DNA of 50,130 nt from Methanobacteriaceae archaeon (GTDB lineage Archaea > Methanobacteriota > Methanobacteria > Methanobacteriales > Methanobacteriaceae). Position numbers and translations under genes: made by a program. Each line of letters opens with the position of its first letter. Position 1 is the stretch's first letter. The notes beneath the pieces are model-generated. The model did no database searches. It was given only the letters and a program-made list of their open reading frames with translations, and was not told the origin of the DNA. The stretch lies in contig PWMT01000053.1 of the NCBI GenBank assembly GCA_003558085.1, positions 1-50,130 of the forward strand. Direction: 5' to 3'. Shown piece by piece: positions 23,745 through 34,748 of this stretch.

Positions 23745-25364
23745 TTAAAGAAAAACCTCCTTAATTCCTGGTACAAATTCAAAATTATTAACATCAAAAA
23801 GCCCTAGATCACTCAGCTTAAGTTGGGGTATTACTAGTAAAGATAGAAATGACATGCTCATGAAAGGAGATTCTAACTGGCATCCCATCTCTTTAACTTG
23901 CTGATGAAGATTTTTTAAAGTTTTAATAACCTCTGATACAGGTTCTATAGTCATAAGACCTGCTATTGGTAATGGTAATGATTCTTGATATGAATTTGAA
24001 ACAGCAGCTAATCCTCCACCATTATTACGTAATATTTCTACACATTTAGCCATTTCCTCAGCATTAGTACCCACTACTACAATATTATGAGAATCATGAG
24101 CCACGCTTGAAGCTAAAGCACCTTCTTGTATACCAAAACCTTTTACAAAGGAATGGGAAATTTTATTTCCACCATAGCGTTCTAGAACAGATATTTTTAA
24201 TATATCCTGATCAATAGCAGGTTGTATAATTCCTTTTTTAATTTCAAGATCTGCTTCAGTTTCATAAGTTATTATTTGACCCTCTATAACTCCTATGACC
24301 CTTACCTTCGCATAAGATCCAGAACATGAAATATTAAAATCTTGAGGGTTTTTTCTTTTAAGATCAAAGCTGCTCTGCACATCACTAGAACTAATTTTAA
24401 ATAGGGGCTTACCATTTTTAGCCACGAGTTTTCCCCCAATATACACTTTCTGCACATTGAATTGGTCTAAATTATCTACTATAATAAAGTCGGCCTTCTT
24501 ACCCGGACTAATAGCACCCATAGGTAGAGAATAATGATTAGCTGGATTAATGGTGACCATTTCTATCGCATCTAAGGGATCCATACCCAGTTTTATTGCT
24601 TTTTGTACCAGCAAATCAAGGTGTCCCTTAGCTAAATCTTGAGGATGGATATCATCACTTACTAAGAATTCTCCACCCACTTTAATTAGTTCTTCCATAT
24701 TTTGTGCAGAAGATCCTTCTCTGATCATGATCTTCATTCCTAACTGAATTTTTTCTAGGGCTTCTTCCTGGTTGCAGCATTCATGATCCGTGCTAATACC
24801 TGCTCTGATATATCTACATAAATCCAAGCCAGATAAAAGAGGTGCGTGGCCATCAATGGGTTTGCCAAAACTCTGGGACGTATATATTTTTTGCATAACT
24901 TCTGGATCCTGCCGGATAATACCTGGAAAGTTCATCATTTCTCCTAAGGCCACTATTTCCTTTTTTTTCATTAAATATTCAATATCTTTTGCTGAAATTT
25001 TAGCTCCAGATGTTTCAAAAGCAGTGGCTGGTACACATGAAGGAGCGGTAAAGGAAAAACTTAAAGGAACCTTTTTTGAATCATTAATCATGTATTCAAT
25101 CCCCTTAATACCCATCACATTAGCTATTTCATGGGGATCTGCCACCACTCCTACTGTCCCATGAGGTACCACTGCCTGGGCAAAAGAAGCCGGGGTAAGC
25201 ATAGAGCTTTCAATATGAATATGAGCATCAATTAAACCCGGAATCAAAATTCCTTTGTAATCACCTTTAATTTTTTTAACACAGCTTATAAATCCCGATT
25301 CTATTTGAACCTCACCAGGATAGATTTCACCAGTAAATATGTTTAAAATATTTCCTCTGATCAA
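23745..25364 (-). CDS. ade: Adenine deaminase
   Basis: IDAHIHIESSM, DPHEIANV, LGEMMNFP, DGHAP, TDHE, IREGS, SVAHDSHN, LVIP.LKL. Confidence 0.95.
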   Translation of the reverse strand: MIRGNILNIFTGEIYPGEVQIESGFISCVKKIKGDYKGILIPGLIDAHIHIESSMLTPASFAQAVVPHGTVGVVADPHEIANVMGIKGIEYMINDSKKVPLSFSFTAPSCVPATAFETSGAKISAKDIEYLMKKKEIVALGEMMNFPGIIRQDPEVMQKIYTSQSFGKPIDGHAPLLSGLDLCRYIRAGISTDHECCNQEEALEKIQLGMKIMIREGSSAQNMEELIKVGGEFLVSDDIHPQDLAKGHLDLLVQKAIKLGMDPLDAIEMVTINPANHYSLPMGAISPGKKADFIIVDNLDQFNVQKVYIGGKLVAKNGKPLFKISSSDVQSSFDLKRKNPQDFNISCSGSYAKVRVIGVIEGQIITYETEADLEIKKGIIQPAIDQDILKISVLERYGGNKISHSFVKGFGIQEGALASSVAHDSHNIVVVGTNAEEMAKCVEILRNNGGGLAAVSNSYQESLPLPIAGLMTIEPVSEVIKTLKNLHQQVKEMGCQLESPFMSMSFLSLLVIPQLKLSDLGLFDVNNFEFVPGIKEVFL

Positions 25365-25589
25365 TTATCATCCCCCCCTGAAAAAGAAAATTTGATAAAG
25401 ATTTTTAGAATTAGATAACACAAGATTATTTTATTTGTTTAATTTATATAAACTTAGCTTGGTATGATTTAAGGAAAAATAGATTATATTTTAAAATTTT
25501 ATTAAAAAAAGTGAGTTAATTTTTAAGGAAAAATTCTCCTTTATTTGAAATACCTTTTAAAAAAAAATGGGGAGATGAATTTCTAAGGA

Positions 25590-26825
25590 TTATTGATCTG
25601 CTTCAGCTAGTAATTTCAATTGATTATAAAGTATAGGTAAAAAAGCACCCACATCAGTAACAATGCTTACTACCTGTGCACTTCCTCTATCTGCAAGTTT
25701 AGTAACAGTAGAAGGATTTATATCTACACATATACTCTTTACTTTGGAAGGAATAATATTTCCCGTGGCAATAGAGTGCAACATGGTAGCAATCATGATC
25801 ACCATATCTACCTCCTGTGCATATTTACGCATTTCGTCTTGGGCTTCAACAATATCCGTAATCACGTCAGGTAGGGGCCCATCATCCCTTATTGAGCCAG
25901 CTAAGACTACTGGTACGTTATTTTTAACACATTCATACATTATTCCTTCTTTTAAAATTCCTTGCTCAACAGCTTCTTTTATAGATCCTGCTTTATTAAT
26001 TTCATTGATGGCATTGATGTGATGGCGATGACCCCGGGCCATAGCCTCCCCACTTTTTACACATATACCTAGGGAGGTTCCTAATAATGCATTTTCTATA
26101 TCATGAGTGGCTAACGCATTACCAGCGAAAATAACATCAATATAATTTTCTCTTATCATTTGAGACATTATAGGAGCAGAACCCGTATGTACAATTGCAG
26201 GACCGCCCACAATTGCAATCTTACCACCTTTTCCTTTGATTTCATGAATTTCGGAGGCTATTTTCTTTACAATGGAAAGAATTGGTTTTTCAGAAGATAC
26301 ATCACTTCCCATGAATTCAAAAACACCTTTTTTACCCCTTGGTCGTTCTGGAGGAGTAACCTTAATACCTTTTCTTCCAACTACTACCATGTCACCCTTT
26401 TTAATCCTTCCAATCGGCCTACAATAGGCCCGATGCTTTTGAGTGTTTACCACTACCATACAATCCATTTCAATATCTTCTACCAGCAACCATTCACCAT
26501 CATATCGGATTTGGGTGGTATGATTAGTAGTGGAATAGAAATCATCAGGCACTACTTTGTCTTTTACTGATTTTTTTAGTTTTGCATCTTTAATTTCCGC
26601 TATAGATGCCCCTATTTCACTTAATTCATCTAATATTTCGTTTAGAAGATGTTTTTCCTCAGCTGAAACCAGGATACGAGCATGGCTAATATCAGTTTTC
26701 CTTTTTCCAACCTCAAATTCAATTATTTTAAAGTCGCCCCCCATATCCATAATAATATCCAAGGCTCGAGGGAGCGTAAGGCTGTCAATTATATGTCCAG
26801 AAAGTTTTACTTCTCTCGTATTCAT
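25590..26825 (-). CDS. TIGR00300 family protein (ornithine cyclodeaminase-like; LOR/SDH-related)
   Basis: [54 protein letters not shown]; start 26825 or 26846. Confidence 0.85.
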   Translation of the reverse strand: MNTREVKLSGHIIDSLTLPRALDIIMDMGGDFKIIEFEVGKRKTDISHARILVSAEEKHLLNEILDELSEIGASIAEIKDAKLKKSVKDKVVPDDFYSTTNHTTQIRYDGEWLLVEDIEMDCMVVVNTQKHRAYCRPIGRIKKGDMVVVGRKGIKVTPPERPRGKKGVFEFMGSDVSSEKPILSIVKKIASEIHEIKGKGGKIAIVGGPAIVHTGSAPIMSQMIRENYIDVIFAGNALATHDIENALLGTSLGICVKSGEAMARGHRHHINAINEINKAGSIKEAVEQGILKEGIMYECVKNNVPVVLAGSIRDDGPLPDVITDIVEAQDEMRKYAQEVDMVIMIATMLHSIATGNIIPSKVKSICVDINPSTVTKLADRGSAQVVSIVTDVGAFLPILYNQLKLLAEADQ

Positions 26826-27191
26826 TAAAAACCCCTCTATATCCATATAAGGCCCAATAATCTAATTAAGTATTTATATATATTTATTTCCTAAATCTTC
26901 ATTTTTTTTTTATTAGAATTAAATAAATTTGTATTATTACATCTTATTGATTTTACACTAAACTTTAAATTTTAAATATATTTAAATTGTGTTATAATAA
27001 TATTGAAAAAGATATAATTAACATTTAATACCCCCCCCTATAAAATGGGATTGGATGTAATTATCCCTTTTTTAGAAGTTTACAAACTTCAAATTCATAA
27101 TATAACTTCGGTTTATAATGTTTAGTAATAAATTCAGTTCTTAATAATTAAGTGGTTTTACTAACTAAAACAATAGGGAAGTCCCAGAAAT

Positions 27192-28127
27192 TTAATCTTG
27201 ATGGGATGATTTTCCCTGCAGACAGAGAAAATCTAAAATGATTTTAGCAGCGTTAATAGAAGTCAAATCTCCAATCTTATCAGCAGAGACTTCTACTATA
27301 TCCATAGCAACTACCTGTTTTAGAGCTAAAATTTTTATTAATTCCTCTAATTGTTGAGAATTTATACCACAAGGGGTAGGATTACCAACACTAGGTGCTT
27401 CACTGGGATCAATTACATCCAAATCAATACTAAGATATACCGGACCATTAATTGAATCTAAAACTTTTAATAAAGAATTTAAATTATCATTGACCTCGGC
27501 TGAAGTATAATACTCGATTTCCATTTCTTGTACAAATTCTTTCTCCTCATAAGAAGACGAACGAACACCCACTTGAATGAGTCTACCTGGCTTGAGTTCA
27601 AAAATCCTTCTCATTACCGTAGCATGAGAATATTTTACACCCATATAGGAGTCAGCAATATCCATATGCGCATCTAGATGGACTATAGTAAGCTCATTTA
27701 AATTTTTATAAGCTTTTAAAGCTTTAACTACAGCATAACTTATAGTATGCTCTCCCCCTACAACTATGGGTTTGATATCATATGCTAATAAATCTGAAAC
27801 CGTTTCTAGAAGATTAGAACAGGTTTTTTTGAAGTTACCATGACTTACTTGCACGTTGCCCAGATCAAAAATAGTAGAATCAATACTACAATCCCAACTT
27901 AAGTGGTAGTTTTCAAAATTATGGGAAGCTTCTCTAACTGCTGAGGGTCCGAATCGAGCCCCTGAACGGTAAGTAGTAGTACTATCAAATGGAACGCCTA
28001 ATAAAGCAAATACAGGTTTTTTTGTAGGCTCTTTTCTATTTTTAGATAGGGATGAGATGTAATTTTTAAAATCGTTTTCATCCTTTGAAAAAGCAAATTG
28101 GGAAGGGTTATGAGTATAAAATAACAT
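27192..28127 (-). CDS. speB: Agmatinase
   Basis: GVPFD.T.TYR.GARFGP, GGEHT, DAHMD, SHAT, DLDVIDPS.AP. Confidence 0.92.
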   Translation of the reverse strand: MLFYTHNPSQFAFSKDENDFKNYISSLSKNRKEPTKKPVFALLGVPFDSTTTYRSGARFGPSAVREASHNFENYHLSWDCSIDSTIFDLGNVQVSHGNFKKTCSNLLETVSDLLAYDIKPIVVGGEHTISYAVVKALKAYKNLNELTIVHLDAHMDIADSYMGVKYSHATVMRRIFELKPGRLIQVGVRSSSYEEKEFVQEMEIEYYTSAEVNDNLNSLLKVLDSINGPVYLSIDLDVIDPSEAPSVGNPTPCGINSQQLEELIKILALKQVVAMDIVEVSADKIGDLTSINAAKIILDFLCLQGKSSHQD

Positions 28128-28153
28128 TATATCCCATTTCCCATAAGTAATAA

Positions 28154-28546
28154 CTATCCTTTAGTCCGCATGAGTTTTTTATTCCCCATGGCGGTAATAT
28201 ATTCTACTTCAATACCTTCTACCAATGAATCCCTTAAATCATCAGGTATGGGTACTTCAAAGGTTTCATAGGTTTCTAAGTCCATTAACTGAACTTCACT
28301 ACCCATTATAGCCAAGACCTGCCCGGTTCTTTTATCAATAATAGGTATATCAATTTTAGTATCTACCGGTTTAACAATACTTCTTTTTTGATTATCAAAT
28401 AAACCCACAGCTTCCACTCTAGCCTTAGCAGAACCATGTTTACCTGGAGATGATGTGGAAATATTGGTTATTTTAGAAGGCTCACCATCTAGAATCACAT
28501 ACTTACCTACTTTCAAAGTTTTAACTTCCACCACTTTTTTTGACAT
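28154..28546 (-). CDS. eif5a: Translation factor aIF5A
   Basis: [12 protein letters not shown] hypusine-site motif. Confidence 0.97.
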   Translation of the reverse strand: MSKKVVEVKTLKVGKYVILDGEPSKITNISTSSPGKHGSAKARVEAVGLFDNQKRSIVKPVDTKIDIPIIDKRTGQVLAIMGSEVQLMDLETYETFEVPIPDDLRDSLVEGIEVEYITAMGNKKLMRTKG

Positions 28547-29007
28547 TATTTTATCCCTCCTAGAAATAATTCTATAAATTGAATTAGAGTTTAATTAACC
28601 TCTAAGAATAAAATTGATATGAATACATGGTTAATATAGTAACTTAAATAAAAATTCATTGGCCTTTTTTCTGTAAACTGTTTCTATAATCAAATTAATA
28701 TTCTAAGGAGTTAATCATCTAGTTAGTAATTTTAATAGTAACTAAACCAGCATATAAAGTTTAATATTAAGTGGCCATATTAAAAAATTCATAATTAACT
28801 TAAAAAAGCTAACCTTTAAAAGAAGGTCTAAAAAATTCACAACTACAAAAACCCAATTAAAAAAAAAAGAACTAATAAATATCATAATTACTCCAATAAT
28901 ACTACCATTTAAAAATTTTAAAAAAATGACTAAATAGTCAAAACTATACAAAAGAAATAGATCTATAAAAATAAAAAACAATTAATAAAAATGATTAAGG
29001 AGAAAAA

Positions 29008-29454
29008 ATGAAGGTAGCAATTACTTCCGGAGCTGCTGAAGGACCAACTAAGTTGAATGCATTTGACAATGCTCTGTTAAAAGCCGGTATAGGTGATGTT
29101 AATCTTATAAAAGTTTCCAGCATAATACCAGCAAATACTCCTCTAGTAGAACTTCCTGAATTAAAACCAGGACAAATGATAAACTGCATTCTCTCCACGG
29201 TTTGCTCTAATAAAAAAGGAGATTTTATTTCAGCTGCAATAGCTGTTGCTAATTCTAATGATTTTGGTTGTGTGGTAGAACATAGCGGAATAAATAGAGA
29301 CCCCCATGAAATTAGAGAATCCGCCATTAACATGGTAAAATACATGTTGGAAATTAGAAATAAAGATATAAAAGATTTACTGGTAGAAGAAACAAATCAT
29401 GAAGTAGAAAACTGGGGTGCGGCTGTAGCTGCTCTAGTTTTTTTAGAAGATTGA
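29008..29454 (+). CDS. pdaD: Pyruvoyl-dependent arginine decarboxylase
   Basis: LNAFDNALL.AGIGDVNLIKVSSIIP with Ser-Ser autocleavage site. Confidence 0.92.
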   Translation: MKVAITSGAAEGPTKLNAFDNALLKAGIGDVNLIKVSSIIPANTPLVELPELKPGQMINCILSTVCSNKKGDFISAAIAVANSNDFGCVVEHSGINRDPHEIRESAINMVKYMLEIRNKDIKDLLVEETNHEVENWGAAVAALVFLED

Positions 29455-29496
29455 TTTCCTAATATTTAATTTAATCCCAAATGAAGGTGCTGATTG

Positions 29497-30363
29497 ATGG
29501 ATGAATCTGAAACAATATTTTGGAGGGAAGTTGCCCTTGAAATTATTGCAAAGGTAGAAAAAGCAATTTCTCCATTAATAGGAAAAAAAGAATCTGGTGA
29601 AGTTATAAAGATGGGAGCAGATGGTACTCCATCTAAATTAATTGATCTGGTAGCTGAAAAAGAAGTTATTTCAATTTTAGAAAAAATATCGTATCCTATT
29701 TTACTCATAAGTGAAGAAATTGGAGAACTTGAAATTGGATGTGAATCCACCGATAAATCTTATATAAAAGATACTGATTCTAAAATTGTTTTTGTGGTAG
29801 ATCCCTTAGACGGTACCAGTAACGCGGTGAAAAATATCCCTGCCTATGGAATATCATTAGCCGTGGCTAAATATCCTTTTAAAAAAAGAGCCCCCCAATT
29901 AAAGGATGTGAAAATGGGTTTTGTAAAAAATTTTGCCACCGGTGATTTTTTTGAAGGCCTGAAAGGTAAGGGTGCTAATTTGAATGGTGAAAAGATTCAA
30001 GGTTCTGATTTAATTGATGTTAATAATTCCTCCATGGGCCTGTTTATCTATGGGACTACCTTTAATCAAATAGATCATCTCTTTCAACAAATTAGAAGGA
30101 TGAGGATTTTAGGATCAGTTTCCATTGAACTTTGTTATGTGGCCAATGGTTCCTATGATGCTTTTGTAGATATAAATGAAAACTTAAGAGTAATTGATAT
30201 TGCTGCTTCCCAGTTAATTATAACCGAATCTGGAGGAAAAATAAGTACTCAGCAAGGAAAACCTATCAATAAAGTATTAAATGCTAAAGAAAGAACTTCT
30301 ATTGTCGCAGCAGGGAATGAAAAATTACATGAGAAACTTATTGAAATCATGGAGGTTATTTAA
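29497..30363 (+). CDS. suhB: Inositol monophosphatase/FBPase family phosphatase (possible NADP phosphatase)
   Basis: GADGTP..ID, SEE, DPLDGTSN, R.LGS, DIAA. Confidence 0.85.
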   Translation: MDESETIFWREVALEIIAKVEKAISPLIGKKESGEVIKMGADGTPSKLIDLVAEKEVISILEKISYPILLISEEIGELEIGCESTDKSYIKDTDSKIVFVVDPLDGTSNAVKNIPAYGISLAVAKYPFKKRAPQLKDVKMGFVKNFATGDFFEGLKGKGANLNGEKIQGSDLIDVNNSSMGLFIYGTTFNQIDHLFQQIRRMRILGSVSIELCYVANGSYDAFVDINENLRVIDIAASQLIITESGGKISTQQGKPINKVLNAKERTSIVAAGNEKLHEKLIEIMEVI

Positions 30364-31211
30364 TGCATATAGGTATTGTAGCACGTTTAGATATCCCTAA
30401 TGCGATTCAATTAGGCCGGGAAATGATTGAATTTTTACTAAAAAAAGAAATTAAAGTTTCTGTAGATTCTTCTTTAATTGATTTTCTTCCAGAATTTGAA
30501 GAATTGAAAATGAAGCTGGATAAAATGGACACCGATATGATCATCGCCATTGGCGGGGATGGAACTATATTAAGGACTCAAAATTTTATAGATGGTAAAA
30601 AAATCCCAATAATAGGAATTAATTTAGGTACAGTTGGTTTTTTAACTGAAGTAGATGAAGAAAATGCTTTTGAGGCCGTGGAAGATATTTTAGAGGGAAA
30701 ATATTTTATAGAAAAAAGGACCCAGTTGAGAGTTTATCATGGTCGTGAACTACCCTCTGCCTTAAATGAAGTAGTTATATTAACCCGTAAACCAGCTAAA
30801 ATGTTACACATAGAAATAAAAGTAGATGAAGAAATAGTAGAAGAATTACGGGCAGATGGGCTTATTATTTCTACTCCAAGTGGTTCTACTGCCTATTCTA
30901 TGTCAGCAGGAGGCCCAATCGTTGATCCTCGCGTGGAAGCGTTTATCATCGTCCCTATATGTCCTTTCAAGCTGGGAGCTCGGCCGATAGTAGTACCTAA
31001 TAAAAGTAAAATAAAAGTAAAACTACTTAAAAAAGGTAAAAAAGCAATTGCAGTAATAGATGGTCAATTTGATGAAGAAATTAATTACCTAGAAGAATTA
31101 ATATTTATAAAATCAGACGATTCCGCCTATTTTATACGTTTAAATCAAGATTTTTATCAAAGAGTAAGAGAAAAACTTACAGAAGGCGGTATAAACCCTA
31201 TAATGAAATAG
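30363..31211 (+). CDS. nadK: NAD kinase
   Basis: GGDGT, GINLGTVGFL, LNE, ADGLIISTPSGSTAYSMSAGGP. Confidence 0.95.
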   Translation: MHIGIVARLDIPNAIQLGREMIEFLLKKEIKVSVDSSLIDFLPEFEELKMKLDKMDTDMIIAIGGDGTILRTQNFIDGKKIPIIGINLGTVGFLTEVDEENAFEAVEDILEGKYFIEKRTQLRVYHGRELPSALNEVVILTRKPAKMLHIEIKVDEEIVEELRADGLIISTPSGSTAYSMSAGGPIVDPRVEAFIIVPICPFKLGARPIVVPNKSKIKVKLLKKGKKAIAVIDGQFDEEINYLEELIFIKSDDSAYFIRLNQDFYQRVREKLTEGGINPIMK

Positions 31212-31278
31212 ATACGCTCCTATTATCTAAAATTATAAATTGATCCTTATTTTAAACCTATACTTTCCAGGTGCAAAC

Positions 31279-32634
31279 ATGGATGCTTTGGTTATAGATC
31301 TTACTCACGGAGGTTATAAAATAGCTATAGAACTCTCCAGATTATCGCATAATAAATATAATAAAATTTGGGTCTGGGATATATATCATACTTTAAATCA
31401 GGAGCAGGAAAATTTTTTAGAATCTGAAGGAATTATATTTACAGATAAATTACCTGAAGTTGAAGAAATTGAGATAATTGCACCGGTACATTGCCCCTTG
31501 GAAATTAAAATTGATTTAACTCATCATGAAGCCGTTAAATTAATCTTAGAACCTTGGAAAACTGATAAAATTCCAATTGTAGAAGTAACAGGTGTGAAAG
31601 GGAAGAGTAGTGTGGTAGGCATGCTTAAAGAAATCTTGTCCTCACATTACCCCTTAATACTTTCCAGTTTAGGGGTAGAATGTTATCAAAATCACGCTTT
31701 TACTAACTTAAAAAAGGATATCAGTATTACACCTGCCAGCATCATCGAATCTATTCAACTAGCAGAAAAATGTAATTATGGTATATGTATCTTTGAAACA
31801 TCATTGGGTGGTACCGGACTCGCAGATGTAGGTATATTAACCAATGTAGTGGAAAATTATACCATTGGACAGGGAAAAAGTAAGGCCAGTAATGCCAAAA
31901 GACAAATATTTAACAGTGAAATTGTCTGCTGTGAGAAAGAAGCCTTGGATAAATACTATACACCTCTAAAAAAAGAATTTCATACTAAAATTAACACTTT
32001 CAGTTTGAAAGATCCAAAAGCAAATTTAAGGGTTTTGAATGTAAAATATGGGCTGAAAAAAACCTATTTAGAAATATTAGTATCTAATCTAAAAACTATT
32101 AAGGGAAGAACTATAGATACCCGTTTTAATCTGACAGTTTTTGCCCCCACTCCCTATCAGGTGAGTAACCTTTTAGCAGCTATCAGTGCAGCTTTAACTT
32201 TAAACTGTGAGGTTGATATTATATCCAATAAGATCTCCCAGTTTAAGGGAGTAGAAGGTCGTACCTCCATCAAAAATAAGAAAGGATGTAATATCATAGA
32301 AGAGGTGAATCCGGGCATAAATGTCAAAGCCATAGAAAAAATATTAAAAATGGCTAAAAATCTGGAAAATTGTTTTGTGATTTTAGGAGGACAATATGGG
32401 ATTACCTGTGAAGAAATTGATGAATTGAAAACTGTTCCTATTTTGGAAGAATTTCAAAATTCTATTAATTTAATTCTAACCCACCAATTAGGAAAAGGGG
32501 TATTAAAAAAGATGAAAACCAAACCTATTTTTATGCAAGACCCCCAGGATGCTTTAAATTTAGCTATACAAAGCGGAGCTAAAAACATAGTTTTCATATA
32601 TCGATCTAATTATGCTAATTTAAATTTAAGATGA
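31279..32634 (+). CDS. cfbE: Coenzyme F430 synthetase (Mur ligase-like)
   Basis: LVIDLTHGG, APVHCP, EVTGVKGKSS, SITPAS, FETSLGGTG, NPG; next to hemC; AGGTG RBS before ATG 31279. Confidence 0.85.
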   Translation: MDALVIDLTHGGYKIAIELSRLSHNKYNKIWVWDIYHTLNQEQENFLESEGIIFTDKLPEVEEIEIIAPVHCPLEIKIDLTHHEAVKLILEPWKTDKIPIVEVTGVKGKSSVVGMLKEILSSHYPLILSSLGVECYQNHAFTNLKKDISITPASIIESIQLAEKCNYGICIFETSLGGTGLADVGILTNVVENYTIGQGKSKASNAKRQIFNSEIVCCEKEALDKYYTPLKKEFHTKINTFSLKDPKANLRVLNVKYGLKKTYLEILVSNLKTIKGRTIDTRFNLTVFAPTPYQVSNLLAAISAALTLNCEVDIISNKISQFKGVEGRTSIKNKKGCNIIEEVNPGINVKAIEKILKMAKNLENCFVILGGQYGITCEEIDELKTVPILEEFQNSINLILTHQLGKGVLKKMKTKPIFMQDPQDALNLAIQSGAKNIVFIYRSNYANLNLR

Positions 32635-32855
32635 TTATAAAATATAGAATTAAAATTTAACTATTTAAACTGATTTTTTTAATGATTTTATATTTAAACT
32701 CATACATAAATATAATTCTTATTAAGAAAAATAGATCATGCACTAAAATAAATCTGATAAACAATGATAATGATTAAAATTGTAATAAAAAATAAAGTTT
32801 AAACCTATTAAATTAATTCAATCATAATTTAATTTTAATGCATGGAGATGATTAT

Positions 32856-33725
32856 TTGATAGTGGGAACCAGAGGAAGCAATCTTGCCACCATACAAACG
32901 AAATATATAATAAAAGAATTAACCAAGATAACAGATAAAGAAATAGAAATGTCCATTGTAAAAAGTACTGGAGATAAAATTACTAATACCCAACTATATA
33001 ATATGGATCCCAAGGGAATATTTACTCGGGAATTAGATCAAGCAGTGCTCAACGAAGAAGTAGATTTTGCAGTTCACAGTATGAAAGACGTACCCAGTGA
33101 AATTGATGACGATCTGGAAATTGCAGCAGTTCCAGTTAGAGAGTCACCACATGATGTATTAATATCCAAGTTTAGTTGGGAAGAACTTTCACCAGGCTCT
33201 AAACTGGGAACCAGTAGCTTGAGAAGAGAGGCCTTTTGTAATCATCACCAAAAAAATTTTAAGCTAGAGCCTCTAAGAGGAAATATAGAAACCAGAATTA
33301 AAAAAGTTTTTAAGGGATATTGCGACGCTACTTTAATGGCTGAAGCAGGACTAATAAGATTAGGATTAACCGAATACATTAAATATAGATTTCCTTTAGA
33401 TTATTTAACTCCTCCTGCTGGTCAAGGTGCCCTAGCAGTTATTTGTCGAAAGGACAGTGATTTTAAATCTACCTTAAATAAGTTGAATCATTACCAATCT
33501 TCACAAGAAATTTTAGCAGAAAAAACAGTTTTAAGGGAACTAGGAGTGGGCTGTCAATGGCCATTAGGGGCCATTGCCCAGAGCAATAATGAAAAAATTA
33601 AACTTTACTGTATACTATTAGAAAAAAATGGGAAAGTACTCTCAGAAGTGAATATTTATGCTGGAATTAAAGAAGCTGAGCAATTGGGTGAAAAAGCGGC
33701 AACTCTTATGGAGGATTATATTTGA
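32856..33725 (+). CDS. hemC: Hydroxymethylbilane synthase (porphobilinogen deaminase)
   Basis: VGTRGS.LA..Q, GIFTRELD, AVHSMKDVP, GTSSLRR, RGNIETRI, GQGALA, GC..P; TTG 32856 follows GGAGATGA. Confidence 0.95.
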   Translation: MIVGTRGSNLATIQTKYIIKELTKITDKEIEMSIVKSTGDKITNTQLYNMDPKGIFTRELDQAVLNEEVDFAVHSMKDVPSEIDDDLEIAAVPVRESPHDVLISKFSWEELSPGSKLGTSSLRREAFCNHHQKNFKLEPLRGNIETRIKKVFKGYCDATLMAEAGLIRLGLTEYIKYRFPLDYLTPPAGQGALAVICRKDSDFKSTLNKLNHYQSSQEILAEKTVLRELGVGCQWPLGAIAQSNNEKIKLYCILLEKNGKVLSEVNIYAGIKEAEQLGEKAATLMEDYI

Positions 33726-34684
33726 AGCAAATTAATGTGGGTGTAATTGGTGTAGGTGCTATGGGTTACAACCATGCCCGCGTGTATTCTCGATTGGATC
33801 AAGCCAATCTTATGGCTGTTTCAGATCTTATGAAAGGAAATTTGGCTAACGTTTCCCAAAAATATAATGTAATAGGTTACCTCGATTATGAAAATATCCT
33901 GGAAAACCCAGATATAGAATTGGTAAGTGTTTGTGTTCCCACCACTCATCATTATAATGTAGTAATGGATGCTATAGAACACGGAAAACATGTACTAGTA
34001 GAAAAACCCATTGCTTTCACCTTAGAGGAAGCCAAAAAAATGGTAAAAGCCGGTCGTAAAAAGGGAATTAAACTGGGAACCGGACACGTAGAAAGATTCA
34101 ATCCTGCGGTACAAAAAGCTAAAGAATTAATTGAAGATGATGTAATAGGCGATGTGGTATCTGCTTCTGCCAAAAGAGTAGGTCCTTTTCCCCCTAGAAT
34201 AAAAGATGTGGGAGTAACCATTGATTTAGCGATTCATGATCTAGATGTTATGTACTATCTATTTAGTGATCCAGTAGCGGAAGTATATTCTACTATGGGT
34301 AGTATTTTGGAAAGATGTGAATTTGAAGATCACGCCGAAATTATGACTAAATTCACAAGTGGCATAACAGGGATGTTAGAAGTTAACTGGCTTACTCCTT
34401 ACAAACGAAGAGAATTAGAAATTACAGGTACAGCAGGCATAATATCCATTGATTATATTGATCAAAGTATTGATGTTTTTGGAAAATTTGCCCAAGATGT
34501 GCAAATAAATCATCAAGAACCATTAAAAGGAGAAATAAAATCCTTTATCTCATCAGTAATGAATGATGAAGAACCAGAAATCACAGGTGAAGATGGTATC
34601 TACGCTCTTAGAGTTGTTTTAGCCGCTATGAAATCTGCGCGGGATCATACTCCAGTTAAAATTTATGATGATTTAAAACCATGA
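33722..34684 (+). CDS. Gfo/Idh/MocA family NAD-dependent oxidoreductase (nucleotide-sugar 3-dehydrogenase-like)
   Basis: GVGAMG.NHAR, HVLVEKP, GHVERFNPAV, DLAIHDLD. Confidence 0.85.
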   Translation: MKQINVGVIGVGAMGYNHARVYSRLDQANLMAVSDLMKGNLANVSQKYNVIGYLDYENILENPDIELVSVCVPTTHHYNVVMDAIEHGKHVLVEKPIAFTLEEAKKMVKAGRKKGIKLGTGHVERFNPAVQKAKELIEDDVIGDVVSASAKRVGPFPPRIKDVGVTIDLAIHDLDVMYYLFSDPVAEVYSTMGSILERCEFEDHAEIMTKFTSGITGMLEVNWLTPYKRRELEITGTAGIISIDYIDQSIDVFGKFAQDVQINHQEPLKGEIKSFISSVMNDEEPEITGEDGIYALRVVLAAMKSARDHTPVKIYDDLKP

Positions 34685-34748
34685 CCTTAAAATGTGCTAA
34701 TGTTATAAATGTACCTTCCCCTTTAATTCAAATATGGTTGTTGTTAAT

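Noticed and set aside
27042..27053. AAAATGGGATTG resembling the 3' part of a Methanothermobacter-type CRISPR repeat as I recall it
   Set aside because: Single 12-nt match with no second copy or spacer; compatible with chance
28742..28981. 79-aa hydrophobic ORF between eif5a and pdaD
   Set aside because: F/I/L-rich translation of an A-rich spacer read on the opposite strand; TTG start, no SD, no motifs
31279..32634. Pseudomurein Mur ligase
   Set aside because: DLTHGG, APVH and SITPAS motifs and the position next to hemC fit CfbE better
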